This document shows positions 6,562 to 15,401 of a stretch of DNA of 42,337 nt, piece by piece. Every line of letters begins with the position of its first letter. The first letter of the stretch is position 1. A program made the translations under genes and the position numbers. Source of the stretch: Candidatus Woesebacteria bacterium (GTDB lineage: Bacteria; Patescibacteriota; Microgenomatia; UBA1406; HO2-37-13b); the NCBI GenBank assembly GCA_018062605.1, contig JAGORW010000001.1, positions 1-42,337 on the forward strand, written 5' to 3'. The notes beneath the pieces were generated by a model. It saw only the letters and a list, made by a program, of their open reading frames with translations, was not told where the DNA came from and ran no database searches.

Positions 6562-9387
6562 TTAAGCTTTTTCAACTTTTAGTTCGGTGCCTTTCGTAAG
6601 TGATACTGCCAAAACTTTCTGAGAAATATAGGTATCAAAACCATCAGGAATTTCAGGAAGTGTCAGCGATATTTTGTCTGATTGCTTGAGACCCATCTTT
6701 TGACGCTCCTGCTGAATAGTACGAACCAGTTCTCGAGCATCACCTTCATTTTTCAAGGCATCAGTGATTGTCATATCATATGTAGCATCAGCTTGAGATT
6801 CAGCTCCTTCTTCAATCAGAACCTCTTTCACATTTAATTCATCTTGCATCAGTGAGGAATACTCTGCTAACAATTCTTGTGGGAACACTACACCTTTTGG
6901 CGTCTTTAACGTTACAGATTGCAGTGGCTGGCGTACTTTCAGCTGTGCAGTTTTACGCACACGATGCCCTGCTTCAACCAAATCCCTAACTACTGTCATG
7001 GTATCCAGTCTCTTTTGATCAAAAGTAACATCAGTTGGCCAATCTTGTAAATGCACAGAATCTTTCTCTGTGACATGCGTATAGATTTCTTCTGCGAGGA
7101 ATGGAGTAATAGGCGCCGCAACCTTACAGACAGTTGCAAAGACATAATACATTGTCGCGTAATATGCCTTTTTATCTTCCTCATTCTCAGCACTTAAACC
7201 CACTCTATCGCGAGATCTTCTCACATACCACTTAGACCAATCATCAACAAAATCAACAAGAGGTTTAACTGCAGACATTGTGTCATATCCTTCAAGAGCT
7301 GTGGTTACATCACTGACTAATTTGTGAGTTAAGTCGATTATCCACTGATCTAAGATGTTTTTGGCTTCTGGTGCAGTTTCGGATTTTTCATATTCAACTC
7401 CATCCATCTCATCATACAAAGCGTAGAACTTCAGAATATTCCACATTGGAAGCATGAAAACCTTTACGTAGTTACGATAATCCTCTTCAGAGAAAATTAG
7501 GTCTTCGCCTTTCATCACAGGACTTCCGAGTAAATACATTCTGAGAGCGTCTCCTCCGTGCTTCTGTAATGTCTCTTTTGGATCAGGGTAGTTTCCCCAA
7601 TTTTTGCTCATTTTTCTTCCATCCGTTCCTAAAATGGTTCCCGTGGCAATAACATTCTTAAATGCATGGGATTTCATCAAGGCAGCTCCAATAACATGAA
7701 GAACATAGAACCATGCTCGAGTTTGGGCAATATATTCAATCACGAAATCAGGTGGGAAAAAATCTTCAGGCTTTTCTTCGCTATTGAAGGGGTAGTGGCG
7801 CTCTGCAAAAGATGCTGTAGCAGCTTCCATCCAGCTATCAAGTATTTCTGGAACTCTACGGGCAACCTCTCCGGTAGTTGGGCTCTTAAAGGTAACATCA
7901 TCAATGTCTGGTTTATGAAGTGAGGTAACTTTAGTTCCTGATAGCTTTTCTAGCTCTGCAACAGATCCAATCACAAATCTTTCCCCAGATTCAGTCTCCC
8001 ATACAGGAATTGGTGAACCCCAATAACGACTCCGAGATATACACCAATCTGGAGCACTCTGAAAGCTTTTCAGGAATCTCCCATGCTTAATATGTTCAGG
8101 GAACCAACGAATATGCTCATTATTAGCTTCTAATTCGCTCTTTAATTTCTGAATATCCATATACCATGCATCTTGCGGTGCATAATACAACCGAACGCCT
8201 GTTCGATGATTGAGTGGAACGCTGTGAGTATATGATTCCTCCTTATACATCAGTCCCCTTTCAACTAAATCTGCATTTATCAAAGGATTCGCTTTGAGAT
8301 AATACATGCCACCAAATTTAGGGACATCTGGTAGAACATGACCCTCTTCATCAAGATGAAGTTCCATGTGAATACCCAATTTGTTCATTAAAATAAAGTC
8401 ATCTTCTCCGTATGGTGCTAATGTAACGACACCAGCACCACTGTCATCTGTTACAAAGTCCGCAGCAACAATCTCGTATGCTTTTTTGCCTTCTTCAATT
8501 GGGAAATAGCCAAAATGAGGCTCGTATTTCTTGCCAATGAGATCTTTTCCTGAGAACTTTTCTTCAATCGTATAAGAAGAATCGGTCAAGATTTCAAGGC
8601 GAGTTTCAGCTAAAATATAAAATTCATCATTCTGCTTCACTTTTACATACGTGAATTTTGGATTCACTGCAAGTGCTGTTGTGACAAGTTTGTTCCAAGG
8701 TGTTGTAGACCATGCAAGAATATAGGTTTTATCTTCCCCAAACAGTTTGTATTTATAGGTATTTGCCGGTTCAGTAATCTCAGCATAACTATTATCCATC
8801 GCCACTTCAAAGTTTGACATTGGTGTGACAGAATCTGGAGCATATAGTGAAATCCGCTTACCTTTATATATGTATCCTTTATCATACAACTCTTTAAAGA
8901 CCCACATAACAGATTCCATGTATGGAATATCCATTGTGCGATAGGCGTTTTTGAAATCAACCCATCGACCAATGTGATCAACATACCACTCCCATTCAGC
9001 AGATACTTCACTAACATACGTGATACATTCATCAATAAATTTCTTGACTCCAATTTTCTCCTCTATATCTCTTTTTCGAGTAATACCAAGCTTATTTTCT
9101 ACTTTTGTTTCAGCAGGCAATCCATGACAATCCCATCCCCAGACACGTCGCACTCTATAGCCCTTCATTGTCCAAAAACGAGGAAATACATCTTTAGGAA
9201 TACTCGATAGAAGCGTCCCATAATGAGGCATTCCTGTTATGAAAGGTGGACCATCTAGGAAAACCCAGGGTCTATCTTTTGGGCGAAACTCAACAGATTT
9301 CTCAAATGTTTGATTTTCTTTCCATTTTTGTACCCATACATCTTCCATTGCTGGAAAGTTTGGTCGTGGATCAACTGGTTTTAGCAT
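6562..9387 (-). CDS. ileS: Isoleucyl-tRNA synthetase (type 2, eukaryote-like architecture)
   Basis: GPPFITGMPHYGT (HIGH region), WGWDCHGLP, the CP1 editing motif TTPWN, and KMSKN. 941 aa. Confidence 0.9.
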   Translation of the reverse strand: MLKPVDPRPNFPAMEDVWVQKWKENQTFEKSVEFRPKDRPWVFLDGPPFITGMPHYGTLLSSIPKDVFPRFWTMKGYRVRRVWGWDCHGLPAETKVENKLGITRKRDIEEKIGVKKFIDECITYVSEVSAEWEWYVDHIGRWVDFKNAYRTMDIPYMESVMWVFKELYDKGYIYKGKRISLYAPDSVTPMSNFEVAMDNSYAEITEPANTYKYKLFGEDKTYILAWSTTPWNKLVTTALAVNPKFTYVKVKQNDEFYILAETRLEILTDSSYTIEEKFSGKDLIGKKYEPHFGYFPIEEGKKAYEIVAADFVTDDSGAGVVTLAPYGEDDFILMNKLGIHMELHLDEEGHVLPDVPKFGGMYYLKANPLINADLVERGLMYKEESYTHSVPLNHRTGVRLYYAPQDAWYMDIQKLKSELEANNEHIRWFPEHIKHGRFLKSFQSAPDWCISRSRYWGSPIPVWETESGERFVIGSVAELEKLSGTKVTSLHKPDIDDVTFKSPTTGEVARRVPEILDSWMEAATASFAERHYPFNSEEKPEDFFPPDFVIEYIAQTRAWFYVLHVIGAALMKSHAFKNVIATGTILGTDGRKMSKNWGNYPDPKETLQKHGGDALRMYLLGSPVMKGEDLIFSEEDYRNYVKVFMLPMWNILKFYALYDEMDGVEYEKSETAPEAKNILDQWIIDLTHKLVSDVTTALEGYDTMSAVKPLVDFVDDWSKWYVRRSRDRVGLSAENEEDKKAYYATMYYVFATVCKVAAPITPFLAEEIYTHVTEKDSVHLQDWPTDVTFDQKRLDTMTVVRDLVEAGHRVRKTAQLKVRQPLQSVTLKTPKGVVFPQELLAEYSSLMQDELNVKEVLIEEGAESQADATYDMTITDALKNEGDARELVRTIQQERQKMGLKQSDKISLTLPEIPDGFDTYISQKVLAVSLTKGTELKVEKA

Positions 9388-9394
9388 AGGGTCA

Positions 9395-9422
9395 ATTATA
9401 ACGTAAAATACATCGATGTCAT
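9395..9422 (-). promoter_or_regulatory. Candidate ileS promoter, leaderless geometry
   Basis: Minus strand reads ATGACA (9422-9417), 16-nt spacer, TATAAT (9400-9395), then 7 nt to ATG 9387. Confidence 0.5.
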
Positions 9423-9449
9423 AGGATCTTAATGGTTTAAGTCTGTATA

Positions 9450-9458
9450 TGATATAAT
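9450..9458 (+). promoter_or_regulatory. Candidate extended -10 promoter (TGaTATAAT) for the 9466 gene, leaderless geometry
   Basis: TGATATAAT ends 7 nt upstream of ATG 9466. It is divergent from the ileS promoter within a 78-nt spacer. Confidence 0.5.
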
Positions 9459-9465
9459 CCCACGT

Positions 9466-9816
9466 ATGGAAATGTCAGAACATGAACGCAACTCACTCAA
9501 TGATATTCAACGCCGCTATTTAATGTACCCAGAGGGGGTTTCTTTAGAAGAAAGAGAATTTCGAGAAAAGTACATAGAAACGATGCTGATAGAGATTGAT
9601 GCGGCGTTATGTTCTGTGAGTGAAGTTGAAAGGGCTTGGTTTATTTTGTTCAATGGTTTGAGCGGGGAACATGGAGCGTGGAGCTATGATAGGATAGCCC
9701 AGTGGTATGCAGCAGAAGTAATAGACATCATTAAATCGATACAGGAAACAGCTAATCGTATGCCATCCCCTTCTCATGCGCTGTTCGCAAAGAAATACAG
9801 AGAGCTGTACATCTAG
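9466..9816 (+). CDS. Hypothetical small protein with a sigma-70 region-4-like HTH
   Basis: VSEVERAWFILFNGLSGEHGAWSYDRIAQWYAAEVIDIIKSIQETANRM resembles the sigma region 4.2 pattern L..rER.v..LryGL.......tl.EIa......v..Ir.ie..Al.kL. It is the only plus-strand gene in a 30-kb minus-strand block. Confidence 0.4.
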   Translation: MEMSEHERNSLNDIQRRYLMYPEGVSLEEREFREKYIETMLIEIDAALCSVSEVERAWFILFNGLSGEHGAWSYDRIAQWYAAEVIDIIKSIQETANRMPSPSHALFAKKYRELYI

Positions 9817-9837
9817 GAATTCAGTTGAATATGATCT

Positions 9838-11013
9838 CTAAATCTTCCTTCTTAGAAATGCGGGAACATCAAATTCGTCATCTCCGGTGTCTGAGTCATC
9901 ATCTGAAGAGAATGAAGGTTTAACTGGAGCAGCCTGTGATTCATCTAATCTTTCACGTCGCAACATTGGCTTTTGCTCTTCTTGTTTGAATGGTTCAGGG
10001 GTAGCAGATGTGGTTGGAATAGGTCTCGTACGATCATAATTATGTGAAAGTCTAAACCGTGCTTCATCAATTCGTGTTGCAATCACTGTAATGCGAACTT
10101 GGTCCATCATCTTCTCATCAATAACAGCTCCAAAAATGATATCTGCGTCAGAATCTACAGTCTTTGCTATAACTGAAGCAGCTTCATCAACTTCAGACAT
10201 GGACAAATCTGGACCTCCAACAATATTAAACAGAACACCCTTTGCACCAGCAATCGAAGATTCCAAAAGGGGTGATGCAATAGCTTGTTTAATAGCATTA
10301 GTTGTTCTGTTTTCACCACTTGCTATACCAATCCCCATTAGAGCAGTTCCGGCATCCTTCATAATTGAACGAACATCAGCGAAATCTACATTAATAAGAC
10401 CTGGGGTTGTGATAAGCTCAGCAATTCCTTTGACACCTTGATGAAGTACTGAGTCAACCTTTTTGAAAGCTTCAAGAATACTCACTTTTGTATCAACGAT
10501 TTCAAGAACACGCTGATTTGGAATAACAATGAGAGTGTCAACTTTATCTTTTAGGTTGTCGATACCTTCCCCTGCTGTCACCTTACGTCGCGCACCTTCA
10601 AAAACAAATGGACGTGTTACTACAGCTACAGTAAGAGCACCAACTTCTTTACTTATTTCAGCAATGATAGGAGCCGCTCCTGTGCCTGTACCTCCACCTT
10701 CTCCGGCAGCAATAAAAACCATATCAGCACCGTCTAAAGCCTCTTTAATTTTCTCCCTTGATTCTTCGGCAGCCTGGCGACCCATTTCAGGATCTCCGCC
10801 TGAGCCTAAACCCTTTGTAAGGCCATCACCAATTTGGATTTTAATATCTGCAGCATGATTGAGAAGAGCTTGAGCATCGGTATTCATCACAATAAATTCG
10901 ACACCGTTAATGTCTTCTTCACGGATCATTGTAGCGAGAGCATTACCTCCGCCTCCTCCAACTCCAACTACTTTTATTTTTGCAGGTTGACCTGCATGTG
11001 GTTTAATGAGCAT
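9838..11013 (-). CDS. ftsZ: Cell division GTPase FtsZ
   Basis: GVGGGGGNA, the tubulin signature [10 protein letters not shown], and the C-terminal peptide DVPAFLRRK. Confidence 0.97.
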   Translation of the reverse strand: MLIKPHAGQPAKIKVVGVGGGGGNALATMIREEDINGVEFIVMNTDAQALLNHAADIKIQIGDGLTKGLGSGGDPEMGRQAAEESREKIKEALDGADMVFIAAGEGGGTGTGAAPIIAEISKEVGALTVAVVTRPFVFEGARRKVTAGEGIDNLKDKVDTLIVIPNQRVLEIVDTKVSILEAFKKVDSVLHQGVKGIAELITTPGLINVDFADVRSIMKDAGTALMGIGIASGENRTTNAIKQAIASPLLESSIAGAKGVLFNIVGGPDLSMSEVDEAASVIAKTVDSDADIIFGAVIDEKMMDQVRITVIATRIDEARFRLSHNYDRTRPIPTTSATPEPFKQEEQKPMLRRERLDESQAAPVKPSFSSDDDSDTGDDEFDVPAFLRRKI

Positions 11014-11018
11014 TGTTT

Positions 11019-11058
11019 AGTTATAACTAATTTAAACTAATTGTAACTAGTTTAAACT
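11019..11058. repeat. 2 x 20-nt tandem repeat (AGTTATAACTAATTTAAACT / AATTGTAACTAGTTTAAACT)
   Basis: Read directly. It starts 6 nt from the ftsZ start codon. Same family and orientation as the repeats at 4781 and 5456. Confidence 0.8.
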
Positions 11059-11076
11059 TGTATTTGGTTTGGTGGA

Positions 11077-11105
11077 ATTTTAGCGCTTTATAACATTTAT
11101 TACAA
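11077..11105 (-). promoter_or_regulatory. Candidate ftsZ promoter (about 60-nt leader)
   Basis: Minus strand reads TTGTAA (11105-11100), 17-nt spacer, TAAAAT (11082-11077). An alternative is a leaderless-type TATAAC (11025-11020) 6 nt from ATG 11013. Confidence 0.4.
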
Positions 11106-11121
11106 GCTCAGATTCTCCCTT

Positions 11122-11161
11122 CAGTTCACTAGTTAACACTTTCACCAGTTCACCAGTTCTA
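11122..11161. repeat. 4-5 tandem 8-nt units (minus-strand reading GTGAACTG GTGAAAGT GTTAACTA GTGAACTG) starting at the ftsA stop codon
   Basis: Read directly. On the minus strand the array is followed by AAGGGAGAA. The composition matches the element at the 20506 gene's stop codon. Confidence 0.8.
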
Positions 11162-12427
11162 CGGTATGAAACTCTTAAACAAATCTCTAAATTTCTTTAC
11201 AGAGCCTTTCATAGAGATGTTTCTGAAGATCTTATCAAAGTCTTTTCCTTTCATTTGCCTGTCACTTACATCCAAATCCTTAGCGTATAACAACAATCCT
11301 ACCACTGCTGCAAATTGAGGATAGGTTACTTCATCAATCAAACCCGTCACATTTTGAGGCGTACCAATTCGCGCTGGTAACCCAATAACCCTTTTTGCAG
11401 AATCCAATGCTCCAGTGGTTAATGCACCACCTCCAGTTAAGACAAGTCCTGATGGAATAAAATGAATGCAATCCTGAGCATCAAGCGTATTCATGACATG
11501 TTCAAATATTTCTTCTAAACGCGGTCTGACAATCCCTTCAACAACTGTTTTATGCGAAAAAGAGGTGAGACCTTCCTTCAAGTGGAGATGGGAAACATCA
11601 ATTTCATCCTTTTTATCTTTAACATATTTGATTTTTGACTCATTGCTAAGAAGCAGCTTTATTTGTTCAGCCGAATCAAGAGACACTCTTAAACCAACAG
11701 CAATATCATTTGTGATATGTCTCGCAGCAAATGGAATTGATGAGGAATGAGCAAGTGCTCCTTCAATATAGACGGCCAAATCAACTTTACCCCCGCCAAT
11801 ATCAACCAATGCAACGCCAAGCTCTTTTTCTGTATCCGATAATGTAGCGAGTGAGGATGCTAAACCAGAAAAGACATATCCATGGATCTCAATGCCCAAG
11901 TCTGACATACATCGGTCCAAATTCTTGAGATTTGTCACACTCGCAGTAATAATATGAGTATTTACTTCAAGTCGCACACCGCTCATGCCAAGTGGATTCT
12001 TAATGCCTGATTGACCATCAACAATGTATTCGCGTGGAGCAACTTCAATCACATCGCGTGTGGAAGACAGGGAAATTGCTTTCGCAGCATCTATAACTCG
12101 AGCAACATCCGCTTCTGAAATTTCAACTTCAGGCTGAGATACAGCGACTACGCCTTGAGAGTTTATCGATTCAATATGTGGGCCACCAACTGAAACAAAA
12201 GCATGCTGAATCTTGACACCTGCCATTCGTTCTGCTTGCTCAACGGCTTGTTCAACTGACGCTGATACTAAATTGATATCAACAATTTGGCCTTTCTTAA
12301 CACCTCGTGATGGAACACTGGAGAAGCCCATAACTCGCGGAACAGTATCTTCTTCATCGACTTTTGCGATAATGCAGGACATTTTGATTGTCCCAACATC
12401 AATTCCACACAGTATGTTTTGTGACAT
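11159..12427 (-). CDS. ftsA: Cell division protein FtsA (actin-like ATPase)
   Basis: GIDVGT.., VDIGGGK and LTGGGA phosphate/adenosine motifs. C-terminal amphipathic tail KKFRDLFKSFIP. Confidence 0.93.
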   Translation of the reverse strand: MSQNILCGIDVGTIKMSCIIAKVDEEDTVPRVMGFSSVPSRGVKKGQIVDINLVSASVEQAVEQAERMAGVKIQHAFVSVGGPHIESINSQGVVAVSQPEVEISEADVARVIDAAKAISLSSTRDVIEVAPREYIVDGQSGIKNPLGMSGVRLEVNTHIITASVTNLKNLDRCMSDLGIEIHGYVFSGLASSLATLSDTEKELGVALVDIGGGKVDLAVYIEGALAHSSSIPFAARHITNDIAVGLRVSLDSAEQIKLLLSNESKIKYVKDKKDEIDVSHLHLKEGLTSFSHKTVVEGIVRPRLEEIFEHVMNTLDAQDCIHFIPSGLVLTGGGALTTGALDSAKRVIGLPARIGTPQNVTGLIDEVTYPQFAAVVGLLLYAKDLDVSDRQMKGKDFDKIFRNISMKGSVKKFRDLFKSFIP

Positions 12428-12431
12428 AGGC

Positions 12432-13166
12432 TTACAATAATTTAATTATAGGTTTTTCAAATCGCACATCAATTGATGAAAATTGCATCCCATCAATTTT
12501 AAGCTCTTTATATGTGTATTCAAACTCTGCAAATTGTTGATCTGCGTCCTTTTCTGACGTCATAAACACATCAAAGTCCTCTGTATGTAATACTAACATA
12601 TTCTCACTTGCGATATCAATCGATGAAACCTTTATTCCTTTATCAGCCATGCTACGACTCACTCGTGTTACCGTGCGAATATCATCATTATCAAATAGAT
12701 CACCAATTGCATAATGATTGTAGAAAAGTGGTTGGTAGTAGTTAATGAGTGGAGTCTTTTCCTCAGGATTTTCTTTGGATTTTTGAATGATGTATCCATC
12801 TGCAGCCAAGGTAATAAATCCATCTGCTAATTTTAATGTTACGGATGGACGTTTAATGGTAGAAATGATTGTCAGAGTGTCCGGATAAACCTTTGTCACA
12901 ATTACTTCAGAAAGCTTTGGATTATTCTTCTTTAAATGCGTCGACACCTTTTGTGAAGAAAGTGTCACTATTTCTTTCCCAAAATAATCCTCAATTCCAC
13001 GAACATCAGTCGCTCCTTCTATCATAATGTTCTTAACAGAGAAAAAGTTAGAAAGACCCATCAATCCCATATATGTTGCAATACTTATGAGAAGAGGTAC
13101 GAGAACCTTTTTTAATGTGATTTTTTTGGGAGCAGGATTTTTCCGAGATTCGATTTCAGCATTCAT
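12432..13166 (-). CDS. ftsQ: Cell division protein FtsQ/DivIB-like (single TM plus POTRA)
   Basis: N-terminal TM helix followed by V..I.I.G......E.. (POTRA-like). It occupies the canonical slot between murG and ftsA. Confidence 0.7.
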   Translation of the reverse strand: MNAEIESRKNPAPKKITLKKVLVPLLISIATYMGLMGLSNFFSVKNIMIEGATDVRGIEDYFGKEIVTLSSQKVSTHLKKNNPKLSEVIVTKVYPDTLTIISTIKRPSVTLKLADGFITLAADGYIIQKSKENPEEKTPLINYYQPLFYNHYAIGDLFDNDDIRTVTRVSRSMADKGIKVSSIDIASENMLVLHTEDFDVFMTSEKDADQQFAEFEYTYKELKIDGMQFSSIDVRFEKPIIKLL

Positions 13167-13173
13167 GACTCAT

Positions 13174-13179
13174 ATATTA
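13174..13179 (-). promoter_or_regulatory. Possible internal -10 box (TAATAT) 7 nt upstream of the ftsQ ATG
   Basis: Minus strand reads TAATAT-atgagtc-ATG(13166). It overlaps the murG stop codon. Confidence 0.3.
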
Positions 13180-14253
13180 CTCTAGAATCTCATGCACAAT
13201 CAAGGCTGCTGCATCCTCATGCAGATATTCTTGCAAAGAGATGTATCCCTTTTTATATTTTGCGTAATTATGATGAATCAATAGGATTTTGTCTAAAAGG
13301 GCATCACTTGAATGATATTGATCAAATACTTCTGCTGCTCCAGCCTGTGCTAAAAGCTTTGCCTGTCGATCCTGTTCACCATTTCCCGACCATGGTAATG
13401 GAATAAGAACTGAAGGTTTTCGATAATGAATAAGCTCAAATGTCGTATTAGCCCCTGCACGTGAAACAACTATATCCGCATTTCTAAAAACCCAACCAAC
13501 TTCATCAGAGTGGAAATGCTCAACAACATAATAATTCTTACGACGAACCTTCGAAAGGCGTTTAAAATCTCCATATTTCTCAATATTTCCCGTTTGATGA
13601 ATAACAATAAAATATTTCAAGAGCTCATCTAGAATCTTTTCAATATGAATATTTATACTGTGAGAACCAAGTGAACCACCAGTTATATAGATAATCGGTT
13701 TAGACGATGATATATCAAATGGCTTTATTATTGTTCGACGAGCTTGGAATCGAATAGGATTTCCCGTTACACGAGTTTTGGAAACCTTAAAATATTTTAT
13801 TGTTTCAGGAAAAGATACAAGCACCTTATCAGCTACATACCCAATAATTTTGTTTGCAAGACCAGGAGAAATTGTCTGTTCGTGAGTAACAATTTCAATT
13901 CTGAACAGCTTCCCAATAAAACATACAGGGATTGCCATGTAGCCGCCAAATGACATAATAACATCTGGTTTGATTTTAAGTAGAATTGAGCAAGCATTAA
14001 AGAAACCATATATCGTTAAGAATAACTCGCGTATCAAAGTAGGAGAAATAATGCGAGTAAGTCTACCTGTTTTTATAGAATAGAAAGGAAGTTTGAGTTT
14101 TTTTATCTGCTTATACTCATACGATTCGGAAGTCGTGCCCTCTTGAGAAAATTGCTTCCCAACATAGTAAATCTCATGTTGAGGATGTTTTCGCAATTCC
14201 TCAATAACAGCCAAAGCGGGTGTTGGATGGCCCCCTGTAACCAAAATTTTCAT
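13177..14253 (-). CDS. murG: UDP-GlcNAc:lipid I N-acetylglucosaminyltransferase MurG
   Basis: ILVTGGHPTPALAV, ITGGSLGS and SRAGANTTFE motifs. 358 aa, in dcw context. Confidence 0.9.
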   Translation of the reverse strand: MKILVTGGHPTPALAVIEELRKHPQHEIYYVGKQFSQEGTTSESYEYKQIKKLKLPFYSIKTGRLTRIISPTLIRELFLTIYGFFNACSILLKIKPDVIMSFGGYMAIPVCFIGKLFRIEIVTHEQTISPGLANKIIGYVADKVLVSFPETIKYFKVSKTRVTGNPIRFQARRTIIKPFDISSSKPIIYITGGSLGSHSINIHIEKILDELLKYFIVIHQTGNIEKYGDFKRLSKVRRKNYYVVEHFHSDEVGWVFRNADIVVSRAGANTTFELIHYRKPSVLIPLPWSGNGEQDRQAKLLAQAGAAEVFDQYHSSDALLDKILLIHHNYAKYKKGYISLQEYLHEDAAALIVHEILE

Positions 14254-14270
14254 ATGCTATTGTACCATTT

Positions 14271-15401
14271 TTAATTAGTTCGGCGCGCTACACTAATCAC
14301 AATGCCCATCAAGCTGTAAAAAATCACTAAACTTGAGCCACCATACGAGATAAACGGAAGAGGAACACCAGTAAGAGGCATAATAGCTGTCATTCCTCCC
14401 AGATTAATCACAGCATGCAAACTCATTAATGTGAGAATTGATCCAGTAAGCAAAAAACCAAATCGATCTTTTGAATGAACGGCAACTTGATACAGTGAAT
14501 ATAATAGTAATAGATATACCATGATAAGCAAGACACTTCCAATAAATCCTACTTCTTCTCCAATAATTGCAAAAATTGAGTCTGTGTGTGCTTCTGGTAA
14601 GAACTGGTACTTTTGCCTTGAATTTGAAAATCCTCTCCCAAAAACACCTCCAGAAGAAAGCGAGATTAGAATTTGATTGATATGATAGCTTACTCCTTGG
14701 GGATCTGCCTTTGGATCCAAAAAAGACATAAGTCTTCTTAGCCGATATGGCGAAGCTATAATAAGCCCTATAACTCCGGCAAAAGCTATAGGTAAAAGCC
14801 CATATAAATACTTCAGTTTCTCTCCTGACAAAAAGTAGATCGCAATAAAAAGTGAGAATATTATTATTGATGTTCCTAAATCGGGTTGCATCATAACTAG
14901 GCCAATCATACCTGCCAGAATGAGAATAAAATGAAGAAAGCGTTTGCGATCTTTATACAAAAACCATGAAGAAAGATATAAAATAACTGAGATTTTAGCA
15001 AGTTCTGTCGGCTGAAATGAGAAAAAGCCAAAATTAATCCATCTGCGTGCCCCATACACTGTACTCCCGATGCCCGGGATGAGCACTGCAACAAGAAATA
15101 CTAATGAAACAAGAAGGAGTGGGAACGCAAAATAGTATAATCTTTTGTAATCAAAGTACGAGAAAAACGTCATCGCACAAATACCCAATAAGCACCAAAT
15201 AAGTTGTTGTCTAAAGAAATAAAAGCTATCTCCTAATTGACGAAATGCAGTAACTGATGATGCTTCAAAGATAAAAAATAGACCGATTATCGTTAATAGA
15301 ATTGGAAGAAAAAAAAGTAAGCCAATATTATGACGTTGAACCGCCAGAGCCTTGTTTGCGAAGGTTTTCTTGAATGTTTTCCTTTTGAGATGTTGTACCA
15401 T
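14271..15401 (-). CDS. ftsW: SEDS-family peptidoglycan glycosyltransferase FtsW
   Basis: QPTELAK, QPDLGTS, EAHTDSIFA and SYGGSS motifs. It sits between murD and murG, and its 5' end overlaps murD by 74 nt. Confidence 0.85.
   Translation of the reverse strand: MVQHLKRKTFKKTFANKALAVQRHNIGLLFFLPILLTIIGLFFIFEASSVTAFRQLGDSFYFFRQQLIWCLLGICAMTFFSYFDYKRLYYFAFPLLLVSLVFLVAVLIPGIGSTVYGARRWINFGFFSFQPTELAKISVILYLSSWFLYKDRKRFLHFILILAGMIGLVMMQPDLGTSIIIFSLFIAIYFLSGEKLKYLYGLLPIAFAGVIGLIIASPYRLRRLMSFLDPKADPQGVSYHINQILISLSSGGVFGRGFSNSRQKYQFLPEAHTDSIFAIIGEEVGFIGSVLLIMVYLLLLYSLYQVAVHSKDRFGFLLTGSILTLMSLHAVINLGGMTAIMPLTGVPLPFISYGGSSLVIFYSLMGIVISVARRTN

Noticed and set aside
10091-10858. Two long plus-strand ORFs (116 and 109 aa) antisense to ftsZ
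   Set aside because: They lie entirely inside the strongly supported ftsZ CDS. Their translations are low-complexity Ala/Pro/Ser/Thr-rich strings, typical of the reverse frame of a Gly/Ala-rich gene. No start signals are present.
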